From Octopus vulgaris (Eukaryota): a stretch of 64,000 nucleotides of DNA. The position numbers were made by a program, and so were the translations under genes. Below the pieces are notes generated by a model. That model saw nothing but the letters and a program-made list of their open reading frames with translations, made no database searches and was not told the origin of the DNA. Below are positions 1-12,880 of this stretch, piece after piece; within the stretch, counting starts at the first letter, position 1, and the number at the start of each line of letters is the position of its first letter. The DNA is taken from the NCBI GenBank assembly GCA_951406725.2, contig OX597827.1, forward strand, positions 73,594,001-73,658,000. The letters are read 5' to 3'.

Positions 1-358
1 TCCTAGACTGATTTGTATTTCACTCATGGCATTATTACTCTAAACTGACTAGTTATCTTTAGATATCAGCGTTTATTAATCAGAGGAAAGCCAAAAAATG
101 ACTGATCTACACGAAGGCTGTATGGCTTTGATGCATACAATATTCGTGCTGGACGAGTTCATAAGTTGACCAAGATACTCAAATGGAATAACATCAATGA
201 GGCTTACTTTTCAAAACAGTCCCCCCTGCATTCCATACATTTCTTCAATCGGAGTTGCAGTGCTTGGATCCCATTGCTGAAGAAGCTTTCAACCCGTTGT
301 TAAAAAATATGGACAGCGGATATGACATCATCGCCATTGCGATCCTAGTTCCCAGCCA
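1..358 (+). repeat. Near-identical direct duplicate of 3799-4157 (intronic DNA plus the end of a decayed mariner)
   Basis: tcctagactgatttgtatttc...ttcccagccaa recurs at 3799 with only a few substitutions. Confidence 0.93.
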
Positions 359-476
359 AATGTTTTTACGCTGAAGCATAGTAATACCAAATATATAATG
401 CGTGTGTTTTTATTGGCTAAAGTGGCAAAATGGGAATTCCTAAATACAACGATATATACATATGTATATATATATG

Positions 477-517
<41 letters not shown>

Positions 518-674
518 TATATATATATATTATATATATATTATATGTATATTACGTTCCTAATTAAAATGAAATTTTAAAACGGGGGATTAGTGTATAT
601 GTGGTTGTAGTACAAAACACACAGACGCATGTTCGTACTTATATACATACAAACACATACATATATCTGCATAT

Positions 675-720
<46 letters not shown>

Positions 721-795
721 GTCTTTCATATGTTATATACATACGTACATATATATACAATTGAAATTTACAGAATCTATCTATCTATCTATACA

Positions 796-832
<37 letters not shown>

Positions 833-837
<5 letters not shown>

Positions 838-1151
838 AAAGACCCCTTTCGGTCATGAATGACCATGGGATTGCACCTAGAAAGTTACCCTCCTAGACAC
901 AAGTCTGGGCAAGGTTGTTTATGGAAGACCAGCAGTCGCCCATGCATACCAGCCTCCCCTCTCCACGCCACCAGTGTTATCCAAGGGAAAGACAAAGGTC
1001 GATACAGTTTGGCACCAGTGACGTCGCAACTCATTTCTACAGCTGAGTGAACTGGAGCAACGTGAAATAAAGTGCCTTGCTCAAGAACACAACACGCAGC
1101 CCGGTCCGGGATTCGAGCTCACAACCTCACGATCGTAAGCTCGATGCTCTA
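833..1151 (-). mobile_element. tRNA-derived SINE inserted in (TA)n
   Basis: Minus strand begins aggcgcatggctcagtggttagagc...gagctcgaatccc (A/B boxes), followed by gtgttcttgagcaaggcac; flanked by (TA)n. Confidence 0.82.
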
Positions 1152-1169
1152 ACCACTGAGCCATGCGCC

Positions 1170-1262
<93 letters not shown>

Positions 1263-1582
1263 GAAGGTTTGGAGATGATGTACAGGTATTATATATTAGA
1301 AGAAATGAGGTAATCAGAAGATCGGATGGTTTATATTTATAGATATATATTTATATATTACATTTTTTATATATATATCATATCACTTAGATCATTAGCG
1401 CTTTCTCCCATTCTAGTGGGGTTTATGTATATTTATGTCTATATGTATGTGCATATATATATAGGAAGAAAGAGAGAGAAAGGAGGAAGATTGATAGAGG
1501 GAGAAAGATTGTGCGAATGGGTGTGGGTGCATGTGTGTATGTGTGTATGTGTGTGTGTGAGTATGTCTGTGTGTGTGTGTGT

Positions 1583-1617
<35 letters not shown>

Positions 1618-1861
1618 CCTCTAGAATGGGAGAAAGCGCTAATGATCTAAGTGATATGATATATAAAAAGTAGCGGTAACACATCGTGACGCATATTTGC
1701 CATTTGAATATATGTGTCTATAGCCAGCTGGAGGAGGTATCTTCCTGGGGCTACAAACTACAGTAGCATCCACCCTTAGGGGTTAGCCATATTCAAATGG
1801 CAAATATGCGTCACGATGTGTTACCGCTACTGTTTATAACTCGCTCTGAGATTTATCATTG

Positions 1862-2280
1862 TTACTCTTTTACTCTTTTACTCTTTTACTTGTTTCAGTC
1901 ATTTGACTGCGGCCATGCTGGAGCACCGCCTTTAATCGAGCAACTCGACCCCGGGACTTATTCTTTGTAAGCCCAGTATTTATTCTATCGGTCTGTTTTG
2001 CCGAACCGCTAAGTGACGGGGACATAAACACACCAGCATCGGTTGTCAAGCAATGCTAGGGGGACAAACACAGACACACAAACACACACACATACATATA
2101 TATATATACACATATATACGACGGGCTTCTTTCAGTTTCCGTCTACCAAATCCACTCACAAGGCTTTTGTCGGCCCGAGGCTATAGTGGAAGACACTTGC
2201 CCAGGGTGCCACGCAGTGGGACTGAACCCAGAACCATGTGGTTGGTAAACAAGCTACTTACCACACAGCCACTCCTGCGT
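1862..2280 (-). mobile_element. tRNA-derived SINE with internal (CA)/(TA) microsatellite and (AAAGAGT)n-type tail
   Basis: Minus strand gcaggagtggctgtgtggtaag...gggttcagtccc; a second copy lies at 20229-20630 (+). Confidence 0.82.
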
Positions 2281-2493
2281 ATATATATATATATATATAC
2301 GTGCGTGCTGTTTACTTGTGTACATATAAAAGTAAGTATGTATGTATGCATGGATGGATTGGTATCCAAACATCTGTGAATAAATGTATTTCAGTGACTT
2401 AACGTGTGCATGTGTGTGGATCTGCATTTCTGCACATGCAAATTCACGTAGGAACATAATTGTATATACATACACACACACACACACACACAT

Positions 2494-2553
<60 letters not shown>

Positions 2554-2597
2554 AGGCGGAATACTCCGGATTCGTTTCTAACAATACTTTATTTCAG

Positions 2598-2726
2598 AAT
2601 GTCCCAATGGTAGCTTTGGTCACGGTTGCAAAGAGCATTGTCATTGTTCCCTACCATGTAACCACGTAAATGGATCATGTCCAGGTGATTGTGATGCAGG
2701 ATACAGCGGATACAGCTGTCAAGATG
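2598..2726 (+). CDS. RPTP exon: EGF-like repeat (MEGF10/CED-1 type)
   Basis: tttcag|...|gtaatt, 129 nt, phase 1-1; CPNGSFGHGCKEHCHCSLPCNHVNGSCPGDCDAGYSGYSCQD (8 Cys). Confidence 0.9.
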
Positions 2727-2960
2727 GTAATTTTCTATACTTTATTCCAAAATTATTAAATTAGTTTTTATATTTCATTTAATGTCTCTACCTGTTCAAT
2801 CTTGTTTATGATAACATATTACGTTAAGCGAAACAAATGTTTGTTTACAGGCATACGATATCTTAATTATATTTCTGAAGTAGATAAGTATTATAGACAT
2901 ACCTTTTATTATATTCAGTAAATGATATCTAATATAATTTGTTTATACCAATATTTTCAG

Positions 2961-3095
2961 AATGTGAAGGAGATAAATTTGGTGTAAATTGTAAATATAT
3001 ATGTCACTGTGTTGACAACAAAACCTGCGACAGACGAAATGGGACATGTCCAGATGGGTGTGCTGCTGGATATGAAGGTGACAATTGTCAACAAG
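2961..3095 (+). CDS. RPTP exon: EGF-like repeat
   Basis: ttttcag|...|gtataa, 135 nt, phase 1-1; CEGDKFGVNCKYICHCVDNKTCDRRNGTCPDGCAAGYEGDNCQQ. Confidence 0.9.
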
Positions 3096-3551
3096 GTATA
3101 ATTTAAGTCTACATTATATTTTTAAAAATATGTCTCAACCTGTGGATTCGTCTCTTTCTAAATATTTCCTGGTATTTTAATAATGTGCGAGTCGAAATGA
3201 GGACTACACGGGTTTATAACAATTATGCTTTTCAAGCATTCATTCACAAGAATCTTCGTAAAGAAATCAGGAAATATTTGACTCGTAATGACTATGTATA
3301 TATCTCTGTGTGTGCGTGTGCGTTTATATGTGCCTGTGTGTGTATAGGTGCGTGTATATGTGAGTATGTGTATGGGGCTGTGTGTGTGGAGTTATATTTG
3401 CGTTCCTGTATTTTAGTAAATCTTTATATTTGTACAAACGGAAATGAAATCAACACTGTCTATAAAGGAATATATTCTCTAAGCATTCATTCATTAACTA
3501 CTTTCTAAGTTATACTGAAAGATGACAACTCCGAAACATCATATTAATTTT

Positions 3552-3583
<32 letters not shown>

Positions 3584-3944
3584 TGATATCCTCAGTTTAA
3601 TATGCGTGCATAGTAACATAAGTCAAACAATTTTAGATATGAATTACTCCTTCGATAATTATTCTAATTGAAGAGGTAGTTCGTATCTGTCAATATTGCA
3701 CACCTTTTACATATTGGTTTATGATTGTGATAGATTGTATCACAATCATACATCTCTTGTATTATTTAGGAGGATTTACATGTGCTGCAATATCAACATC
3801 CTAGACTGATTTGTATTTCACTCATGGCATTATTACTCTAAAATGACTAGTTATCTTTAGATATCAGCGTTTATTAATCAGAGGAAAGCCAAAAAATGAC
3901 TGATCTACACGAAGGCTGTATGGCTTTGATGCATACAATATTCG

Positions 3945-5215
3945 TGCTGGACGAGTTCATAAGTTGACCAAGATACTCAAATGGAATAACATCAATGAGG
4001 CTTATTTTTCAAAACAGTCCCCCCTGCATTCCATACATTTCTTCAATCGGAGTTGCAGTGCTTGGATCCCATTGCTGAAGAAGCTTTCAACCCGTTGTTA
4101 AAAAATATCGACAGCGGATATGACATCATCGCCATTGCGATCCTAGTTCCCAGCCAAGTGTTTTTTCATGTTGGGAAACAGATATTTGTCAGATGGGACC
4201 AAATCAGGAAAGTAGGGTAAGTGATCAACCAGTTCAAAGACGCAGTCACACACAGCAGCCATTAAAATCAAGGACTTCTATGCTTGAGAACTGAACTGAT
4301 GAAGCAAAGCCACTTTCATTAGTTTTCCTAGACATTTGGTGTTGATAGCCTTTCGCAACTGCCTCAGTAAGTTGGTATAGTACTCTCCATTGGTGGTGTG
4401 GCCCTTTTCAAGTTACTCAATAAACTCAATTCCTTTTATGTCCCCCAAAACTCTGACTATCATCTCCGCTACAGATTAAACGGACTTGGCCTTCTTAGAA
4501 GTTGTTGAGGAAGGATGTTTCACCGAATGGAGTGTCTCTTGGTCTCTGTCCCAAAGTGATGAATCTAACACTCATCCTGGATGTGGAAACGTTCAAAGAA
4601 ACCGACTGGATCTCCCTCAAACAATGTCGGATTTTCCCCTGATGTGATCTGCCTTTTGTGTTTTTGATCAGGTGTCAGATGTGAAACCCACCGATGTGAC
4701 ACCCACTTGGTCATGTCAAGTTTATTGTTCAGAATATGCTCATCGCTTTCATGGGGTATGCTAACAGAATTCACTATTTGGCGTTTGTCACACGCTTCTC
4801 ACTATCTCTATAGAGTGATCACGAACATTGTTTTCCTGGCTCATGGCAGTTTCAGGACCTCCAGACCTTGCGTTAACATCAAGACTGACACCCTCATCCG
4901 CTAAATTCAACTGCCCACTTTTGCAATGTTGTTAAAGCTGGAATGTCATGCCCTAATGTAGCAACCATGTCAGCATGAATGTCTTTCCGGCCTAAACCTT
5001 TTTTTGTAGGTATTTGATAACAGCACGACGCTGATTGTGGTACTTTTTGTAGAGAAGTTGCTGCTAGTTACATTTGAAGTTTTCTTTGAACAATCAAATG
5101 TCAGTTTACAATGCAAATATTAGTGAAATGTGCTGAAATTCATTCATACAGCATTTCTTAGCTCTAGCCTCATTCCTTCATAGTTAACCAATGAATCGTT
5201 CGGACCACCCTCCTA
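3945..5215 (-). mobile_element. Decayed mariner transposon
   Basis: Minus-strand peptide EHILNNKLDMTK...RWVSHLTPDQK; homologous to 9964-10950; TIR-like ends; many stops. Confidence 0.75.
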
Positions 5216-5527
5216 CGTTGTTTTGCTGTGTCATTCGTTTCATACGAATGTTGTTGTAACCATGCTTCTGTATTTATTATACATTTTACATTTCACTGAA
5301 TATAGTTAACAAAATGAGTTTAATCCAAGTATCTGGAAAATATTTATTTCCATCTAAATAATTTATTTGTCCATTTTTCATACGAGATAGATTATATTTC
5401 TTTATCTTAAGATGAAATGAAATTGATGGACAAGAATAACTTTACTTCGTTGTGGCAGATCTTACCGTCTATATAAGACTATAAAATTATCCTTATAGCA
5501 ATTCGTCTGTAACCACTTCGATTTCAG

Positions 5528-5656
5528 AGTGTTCCAATGATAGATTTGGTCTTGGATGCAATGTGTTATGTCGTTGTTCTGAAAAGTGTAACAACATTAA
5601 CGGCTCCTGTCCAGGTACATGTGATGAAGGATACCACGGATTCAACTGCCAAAAAG
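5528..5656 (+). CDS. RPTP exon: EGF-like repeat
   Basis: tttcag|...|gttatt, 129 nt, phase 1-1; CSNDRFGLGCNVLCRCSEKCNNINGSCPGTCDEGYHGFNCQK. Confidence 0.88.
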
Positions 5657-7391
5657 GTTATTTTCAATACATTTTATTACGCATGAATTATTGATTTTTT
5701 TTTAATATTATTAAATCAGCGTATTTACCTTCCTTTTTTATAATAAAACTGCTTGAGTTTTAATAAAGAGTTATTTCAAATTTCCTTATATTGAGTAAAG
5801 ATGTATGTTTTGATACCTCATTATATTTCTAATGCAGAAAATGAGTATAGTCATCTTATGTATTTTGTCTTCGTTGATATTTTCAGTGTGTTAAGTAGCT
5901 CAGTTTGCTACAGATTATATGGAAACAAGCCACTTTATCAACAATGCGATGGACAAAACTTTATCAGATGGATTTTATTAATAGAAATTTGATCTGCACG
6001 GATATAAAGCTGAATATATTTTCTAAATATTCAATCATGGATCAATCCTTAACTTTTAATTAAAGTGGGACATGATACCACAAAACACGTTTTGTAATAT
6101 AATATTAAGTTAAACGAGGTGGATTGGAGGTAATATACAACCCGAGTGAATTGATAGGTGGCCTGTGATAACGACTGTATAAATGTCTTATTTACAATGT
6201 TACAATCAAGAGGAAAAGAATGAAGACCACAAATTATGTGAACCTGAAATTAACAGGTGTATATAATGAGAATTTAATAGTGTCATAGATAACTTATTTC
6301 TCTAATTGATTCTTTGATTCTTCGATATATAAGGGGTTTGATATATCATGAAGACAATAAATACCAGATTTATTAGGAATGAATGTGTAATGTGAGGCAT
6401 TTAATGTAGTTCTCAGTTACGCTACATCTCTCTAAGAACATCTCACCGAAATGCCAAATGGCCAGCTCATAAGATTCCCCAGTTATATTTTCTAAGCAAC
6501 ATTAGCCTCTTTTCACTAAGAATGCACGTGGGAAGTAGTGTCAGTTATTGATTCTTTTTTCTTACAGCCTCTACTTATACTAAAGTTATCGTTTTTACTC
6601 TGCCTCATTAAAGATGTTTGGTAGTTTCTAGTCAGAAGTAATTTCTGATATGTCAGTATTCAATCCCCCATCCATCGCAGCTTTATATCCTACACTTCTC
6701 AGCTTCATTTTTGATCTTATTTTCACTCAGTTTAGTTCTGATAAATCTTGTCGTGTATTGGTTGCGCTGCACACAGTTCTATTCCTAACATATCAATGTG
6801 ATATTATCTAATTTATAATTTGATTTTATGTTGCAATGGTTTCTGTTGTAGCATTGTCATGCTCTTCTTTGCAACATTCGCGTATCTCGGCGTCGGTTTT
6901 TGTATATTTGGCATCCATAAAGATTGAAAATTAGTGGAGGAGGGGTGCGATCTGTACCTCTATGAATGAGAGCTGCAATAAGTGCTTGAATCTGAGAAGG
7001 GTATATATTGAATAAAATCATGATTAACATATTCTCCTCTATCTACTTTTACTTAAAACCATGAACTTTTCGACACCCATTAATGTGTGTATATAGATAT
7101 AGTATAAATAATAATAATTATCATAATCTTAAAAGAAATCACCATGCGTTGACTAAATAAAAAGTAAAATATTCTAATATTGGGGCATATAAGCCCTCGA
7201 TGGAATAAGTTGGCTTTTCATACGCATAGGAATCAGACCCACACCTCTTATATTCGCGATAATTGTGCTAACCGATTACACCCACGCACTTCTTTCCGTT
7301 AGATTTAAGACCTATAATTTCATAGCACTTATGTCGAGGAGATTTTAGGCTAGAATATTTTTAACCTGAAGATTTTGATTTTAAGAATGTA

Positions 7392-7438
<47 letters not shown>

Positions 7439-7590
7439 ACGCATAGATATAAGTAACTTATTAATTACTATAAAATATTATATAATATACTAAACATAAA
7501 TGTTTAAAAGCTGCGGAGAAATTGTCATTAAATAAGAATTTCCAATAGATAAATAGATTTTATCAAAGTATATTTATCTCGTTACTTATA

Positions 7591-7706
<116 letters not shown>

Positions 7707-9045
7707 GTGTGTGTGTGTGTGTGTGTAGAAGAAATCAGTGTTTGTATTAAAACAATTGAAGCTGTTTTAATCTCTTTCGGATGTAGTCATAATTTTGGGG
7801 TGAATATTTCCACAGATATTTTAATTACCTTATAATCTTGGATTTGGCACTAAGTAATAGAACACTCTCATTAAGGAAAGAATTCACCATCTTTTCCTAA
7901 ATCTAGGACGTTTGTGGATTTCTGAATGTCCTGCATATTCTATTTGCGATGAATTATTTCCTTTCGCCGTCTTTCCTCCTCCACTTCCACACACCTAATT
8001 CCTTCTAAGATTATCGGATACCAGTTTATTCTTAGGATCACATGGAACTTCATCGTTCCGGTAATCCGGCTAGCAGTATCACTTCATCTGTCATGAATGT
8101 AGCCAGTTCATGTACTGAGAGACCGGTCCGACGTGAAGTATTCGAACTGTTCCCGGTTGGTCACTTCTGCTTTTGCCAATCCTTGTAACAGTTAATATGG
8201 TCGGTATATTAATAAACATTCCTAGAATATTTACTTCTGATGATGTACTTCAGTACGTGAAATATATTATGTTATTAAATTTATTTCTTTTTCAGCATTG
8301 TAGAACTCTGACTTCCTTTCCTCATTTTACTAATATGTTTAGTAAAGTCGCTTATATTGCTTTTAAATATGGTTACAAATCCAGCAATTTTGAGAAAAGG
8401 ATTAAATCAATTCTATTGGCTCCAGTAATTAACTGGTAATTACGTTCTCGACCCCGAAAGGATGAAAGGCAAAGTCTTCCTCAGCGGATTTGAACTAAGA
8501 ACATAAAGACGGGCGAAATAGCGCTAAGCATTTTGACTGGCGTGGTAACGTTTCAGCCATGGTGTTACCTTATAAATTCACTAAATTTAAAAGCAACCTA
8601 TCAGTGGTAATAATTGCGTTAAACATTTCAAAGAAAATAACACGAATAGCAGCCGGAAGCATAAAGGTCTACTGTGCCCTCAAATTATTTTCTTCGATTC
8701 ACTAAATTTGTTACAGTAGAGGAGACAATCATTTATCACCTACCGCCACGAAAATTAGTTGGTTGGCTGTGAGTACATGCTACTGACGATGCCCAAGGAG
8801 CTTGAAATGCGTCAATCAAACTATCTTTGCTGTTGCTGTTACGATGATTTTCATCTAACGCTGATATATATGATGCTTCTAAACACAGTAGATCCGTAAG
8901 ATATAGCAACGCCGGACGAATACCGCAGTAAGCAGTAAATTTGCTTTCATGGTGTACGTATATTACGTATGATGCACACATATATGTGTGTGTTTATGTA
9001 TAAAATATATGCATATATATGAATATATATATGTTCATATACATG

Positions 9046-9083
<38 letters not shown>

Positions 9084-9248
9084 TGTGCGTGTGTGCGTGT
9101 GTGTGTGTCTGTGTGTACATATGTATGCATATACTATTAACTCAGGAGGCTGCGTGAGATGTGTGTACGGTAGCCACTCAGAAGCTTTTATTAACCCATT
9201 TACAGGCAGTTGCTGTATAAATGACGAATGCATTTTCTCTTTTTCCAG

Positions 9249-9342
9249 AGAAATCTACCCAAAGTATCCTGGTGTTTGTGTTAGTTCCATTGCTCTTGTT
9301 CATATTACTAATCATAGGACTGGTGACTGCAATTTGGTATTG
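9249..9342 (+). CDS. RPTP exon: transmembrane helix
   Basis: ttttccag|...|gtatgt; EKSTQSILVFVLVPLLLFILLIIGLVTAIWYW; phase 1-2. Confidence 0.88.
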
Positions 9343-9963
9343 GTATGTGGATATTTTTTATAACCTCTTTTTTACTTTCAAAAGTAATTAATGGAGTCAA
9401 ATGACCATTATAGTTTTAGTTAGTGTCCTTACTATGTGCCATTTTCGGTTATTGTGATGTAAGAATACGTCATAATTCATAATTTATATAATCTAATCCA
9501 TATAAATATGCAATATCCTTTCCTAATTACCATGTGTACTGATTTACTATTACTCCTTACGAGAATATTAAATTCAATAACTGGCCTGTTATTATGCTAA
9601 ATTCTGAATTAATGTTAGAAGTAAGAACTGTTGCATTACTTTAAGAATTTTATATTAACATATTAAAAACTATTGTTATAATTTTCGTGGGATGAAAGCA
9701 AATTTCGTCTCGGTGATATTTCAACATGGATAGTTGCAATGCCAGACTGCAGACTGCAAAAATTCAAACTGAGTCCTCAGTTTTGCGCCAATCCCTGACA
9801 TTTAAAATTAGTATTTCGACAGCATGAAGTGATTGAATAAAATATGTTGCTGAATAACGTTGATATTGTCAAACATATTGAGTTAATTTTCACGGTGTGA
9901 CTAAAACAGCACTTTAACAGCAAAGCACATATTTAGTGGTGTCGTATGCAACATTGATTCAAG

Positions 9964-10950
9964 TACGAGGGCTGCTGAAAGGTTCGCAAGCTGACTATGA
10001 AGGATTGCTGTTGAGAACTACGGAACATTGCAGGCATATATGTTAACACTTCTTATTACCAGCGATATAGGTTATTTTCATGTAAAGTGACATTTCACTG
10101 TACAAAGAAGACTTAAAATGTAATTAGAAGTGAATTTTCTTGACAATGGACAACATTCGGCATCGTGCGTGATTTTGTCGAATAATTGAAGAAAAAGACT
10201 TTAAGCCCCAAGGACATTCATGCTGACATAGTTGCTACAGCAAGGGATGACGTTCCAGTTTTATCAAAAGTGCAAAACTGGACAGCTGAATTTAGTGGTT
10301 GAGGGGAGTTTTGAAGGAGAGTTGAGAATATTCTGAACAATGAGCTTGGCATGAGTAAGGTTTCTGCTCAGTGGGTGTCACGTTTTCTGACACATGATCA
10401 AAAGCACACTAGGTAGATCACATCGCCGGGAAAACCTGACATTGCTTGAAGCAGATTCAGAGAGTTTTCTTTAACGTTTCCAAAGCCACGAAGAGTATTA
10501 GATTTATCACTGTAAGACAGAGACAAAGCGACAGTCCGTTCTGTGAAACACCCTTCCTCACCTATTCTTAAGAAGGCTAACTTCGTTTCATCTGCAGCGA
10601 AGATGATAGCCTCAGTTTTTGAGGGTGCAAAAAGCATTGTTTTTATTGAGTATATTCAAAAGGAGCACAGCATCAATAGAGAATTCTATACCAACTTACT
10701 GAGGCGGTTACGAAAAGCTATCGACACCAAATGCCTAGGAAAATTGATGAACGGGGTCTTGTTTCATCAGGACAATGCTTCAGCACAGAAGTCCTTGATT
10801 TCAATGGCTGCTGTGTGTGACTGTTTCTTTGAACTGGTTGATCACCCTCCCTATTCTCCTGACTTGATTCCATCTGACAACCATCTGTTCCCCAACATGA
10901 AACAACACTTGGCTGGCAGCTAGGATCACAGTGGCGATAACGTCATATAA
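9964..10950 (+). mobile_element. Decayed mariner transposon (3' end missing)
   Basis: Starts TA-cgagggctgctgaaagg; remnant peptide LFHQDNA...DHPPYSPDLIPSD. Confidence 0.85.
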
Positions 10951-11184
10951 GTACAAGAACAGTAACTAAGCTAATGATATACCTGCACTCAGATATCTCA
11001 CTTACTAATATTTTCTCTTCCTAAAAGAAAAAAAAATTAAATAAAGACATGAATCATCCATTACAATTATTATCTCAATAATCATAAATTTCATCACAAA
11101 GATTTACAAAACAAAAAAAGATATATTTTGATATAGCCTTAAATACAGGCAGCTAAAGCATTAAGGATATATCCTTACCTATTT

Positions 11185-11396
11185 GATGGGGTGCCGAAAA
11201 GTTCCTGGCTTTGAGTAAAGGAGACTACAGGAGGATCGGTTAATCATGATTTCATGCAACATATTCTATTCTCTTTCACCGATTCACATAGTTATTTCAG
11301 CGGAATTTCAGTTATACTAAGGCCCGTGCAAGAACTCGAAATGTTTGGCCTTCAGCCGTGCGACACCCTTTAAGCTAGGAACTTTTCATCACCCCA
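11185..11396. mobile_element. Mariner-derived MITE (~210 bp)
   Basis: TIRs ggggtgccgaaaagttcctggcttt / aaagctaggaacttttcatcacccc; related copy at ~31845-32055. Confidence 0.7.
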
Positions 11397-12092
11397 CTTT
11401 TCATATGCTTGTGTGTGAGTGTTCGTGTGTTTAATGGTGCGTGTGTGTATGGATATGTATGTATGTAAGTAGGTAGATACCTACAAATATTACTAATAAT
11501 TATGCATTGTTATTTTTGGCACCGTAATATAACTGACAAACCATAGGTGTAGCTAGTTGGAACCGACTCCAAAAATAAAATATATTTATTTAACATTTAT
11601 TTTATCAACTTAGCAGCGATGAATTTGGTAACTGAATGCATTCTGAACGTAAAGGAATGAAAATAATGACCACAAGGCAGTAAGGCCACTCTACGTATCT
11701 AATAATGTTTAAAATAATAGTATTTCACATAGGTTCAGAATTTAATCCCTATAAGATGGAGAAATAAATATTCTCATATTGGCAATAATATTTCCCTCGC
11801 AAAACTTTGTGATATAAATAAAGGAAATTAACCTATAAGTAAGTAATGTGTCATATGACTGGTTGTATTACAGATTACTTATAGTTTCAGTTTTAGTATG
11901 AAATTGAAGACCTTGCTGTTTACTTTTTAATTCTTTTGATTTATTACTATAAAATTTACGAGCTGTGTATCTTTATTAACAGTACTATTTAACATTATAC
12001 TGTAACTGTATAATATTTAACATTTTTGTCTTAGACAATCACATTGATAATTATACACTTGTAATTCATGAAATATTTCTATATTTCGTTAG

Positions 12093-12187
12093 GAAATTTA
12101 GGGGTAAAAGACCAATTGCAAAACGTGACGAGAAAATACGCAAAATACCGGAGAATAGGTATGCAGAAGCCATTCCTGAAGATACAG
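12093..12187 (+). CDS. RPTP exon: basic juxtamembrane segment
   Basis: ttcgttag|...|gtcggt; KFRGKRPIAKRDEKIRKIPENRYAEAIPEDT; phase 2-1 fits both neighbours. Confidence 0.78.
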
Positions 12188-12517
12188 GTCGGTTTATTAT
12201 CTCTCACTGTTTCTTCAATTTTTCTTCTCTGTCTTGTGAACTTTTCGTCGTCTCGGAAAACCAGTGACTAATTTATAATGATTTATTATGTTGTCTTTTG
12301 TACATTTATAACTGTTTCTCTACATATGTGTATCATAATTGGTTGGGTAAGATATTAATCTAGGGAACTCCTGGGGGTTGACGTTGTAACAGGCATGGTT
12401 CATAGTTGAGTTCCGAAGCGTGGCAACTTGGACAACTGTTTTCTACTATAACTCCACCTCACGAAAGCCTCATGAGTGGATTTGGCAAACAGAAATCAAA
12501 AGAAGTGTCATATATAT

Positions 12518-12594
<77 letters not shown>

Positions 12595-12740
12595 TGTGTG
12601 TGTGTGCGTGTGTGCGTGTGTGTGTATCTTGAGAAAAAGAGGCAGTCAAATTTTATTTTGATAATTCTTTATTAGCGCTTTTGTTCGAATAACTGTGTGT
12701 GCAGTTCTTTCTTATCAATCTTTATTGTAAATCTTTATAG

Positions 12741-12880
12741 CCCAACTTTATGAAGAAATCCAGTTGAACGAAAACGAAAGTATATACGTGAATGTGGCCA
12801 GTACCTCGTTTAAGTCAAATCTGCAGGAATACGTCTCTGAGAAGAAACGGGAATTGGAACCATTTAATGATGAGTTCTTG
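12741..12880 (+). CDS. RPTP exon: juxtamembrane with paired Tyr motifs
   Basis: ctttatag|...|gtcagt; AQLYEEIQLNENESIYVNVASTSFKSNLQEYVSEKKRELEPFNDEFL. Confidence 0.85.

Noticed and set aside
398-862. Many ORFs rich in YI, CV, HT or MYVC repeats, here and throughout
   Set aside because: Translations of (TA)n, (TG)n and (TATG)n microsatellites.
1080-1151. tRNA-like sequences (also ~2210-2280 and ~14245-14314)
   Set aside because: SINE heads continuing into SINE bodies; no complete acceptor stem.
5887-5990. Possible fourth EGF exon
   Set aside because: Stop codon right after the first Cys and no further Cys pattern; treated as a vestigial acceptor.
8736-8981. 81-aa minus-strand ORF
   Set aside because: No motif or splice support; length compatible with chance.
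12158-12164. Alternative donor AG|gtatgc in the juxtamembrane exon
   Set aside because: Phase 2, incompatible with the next exon; could only give a frameshifted product.
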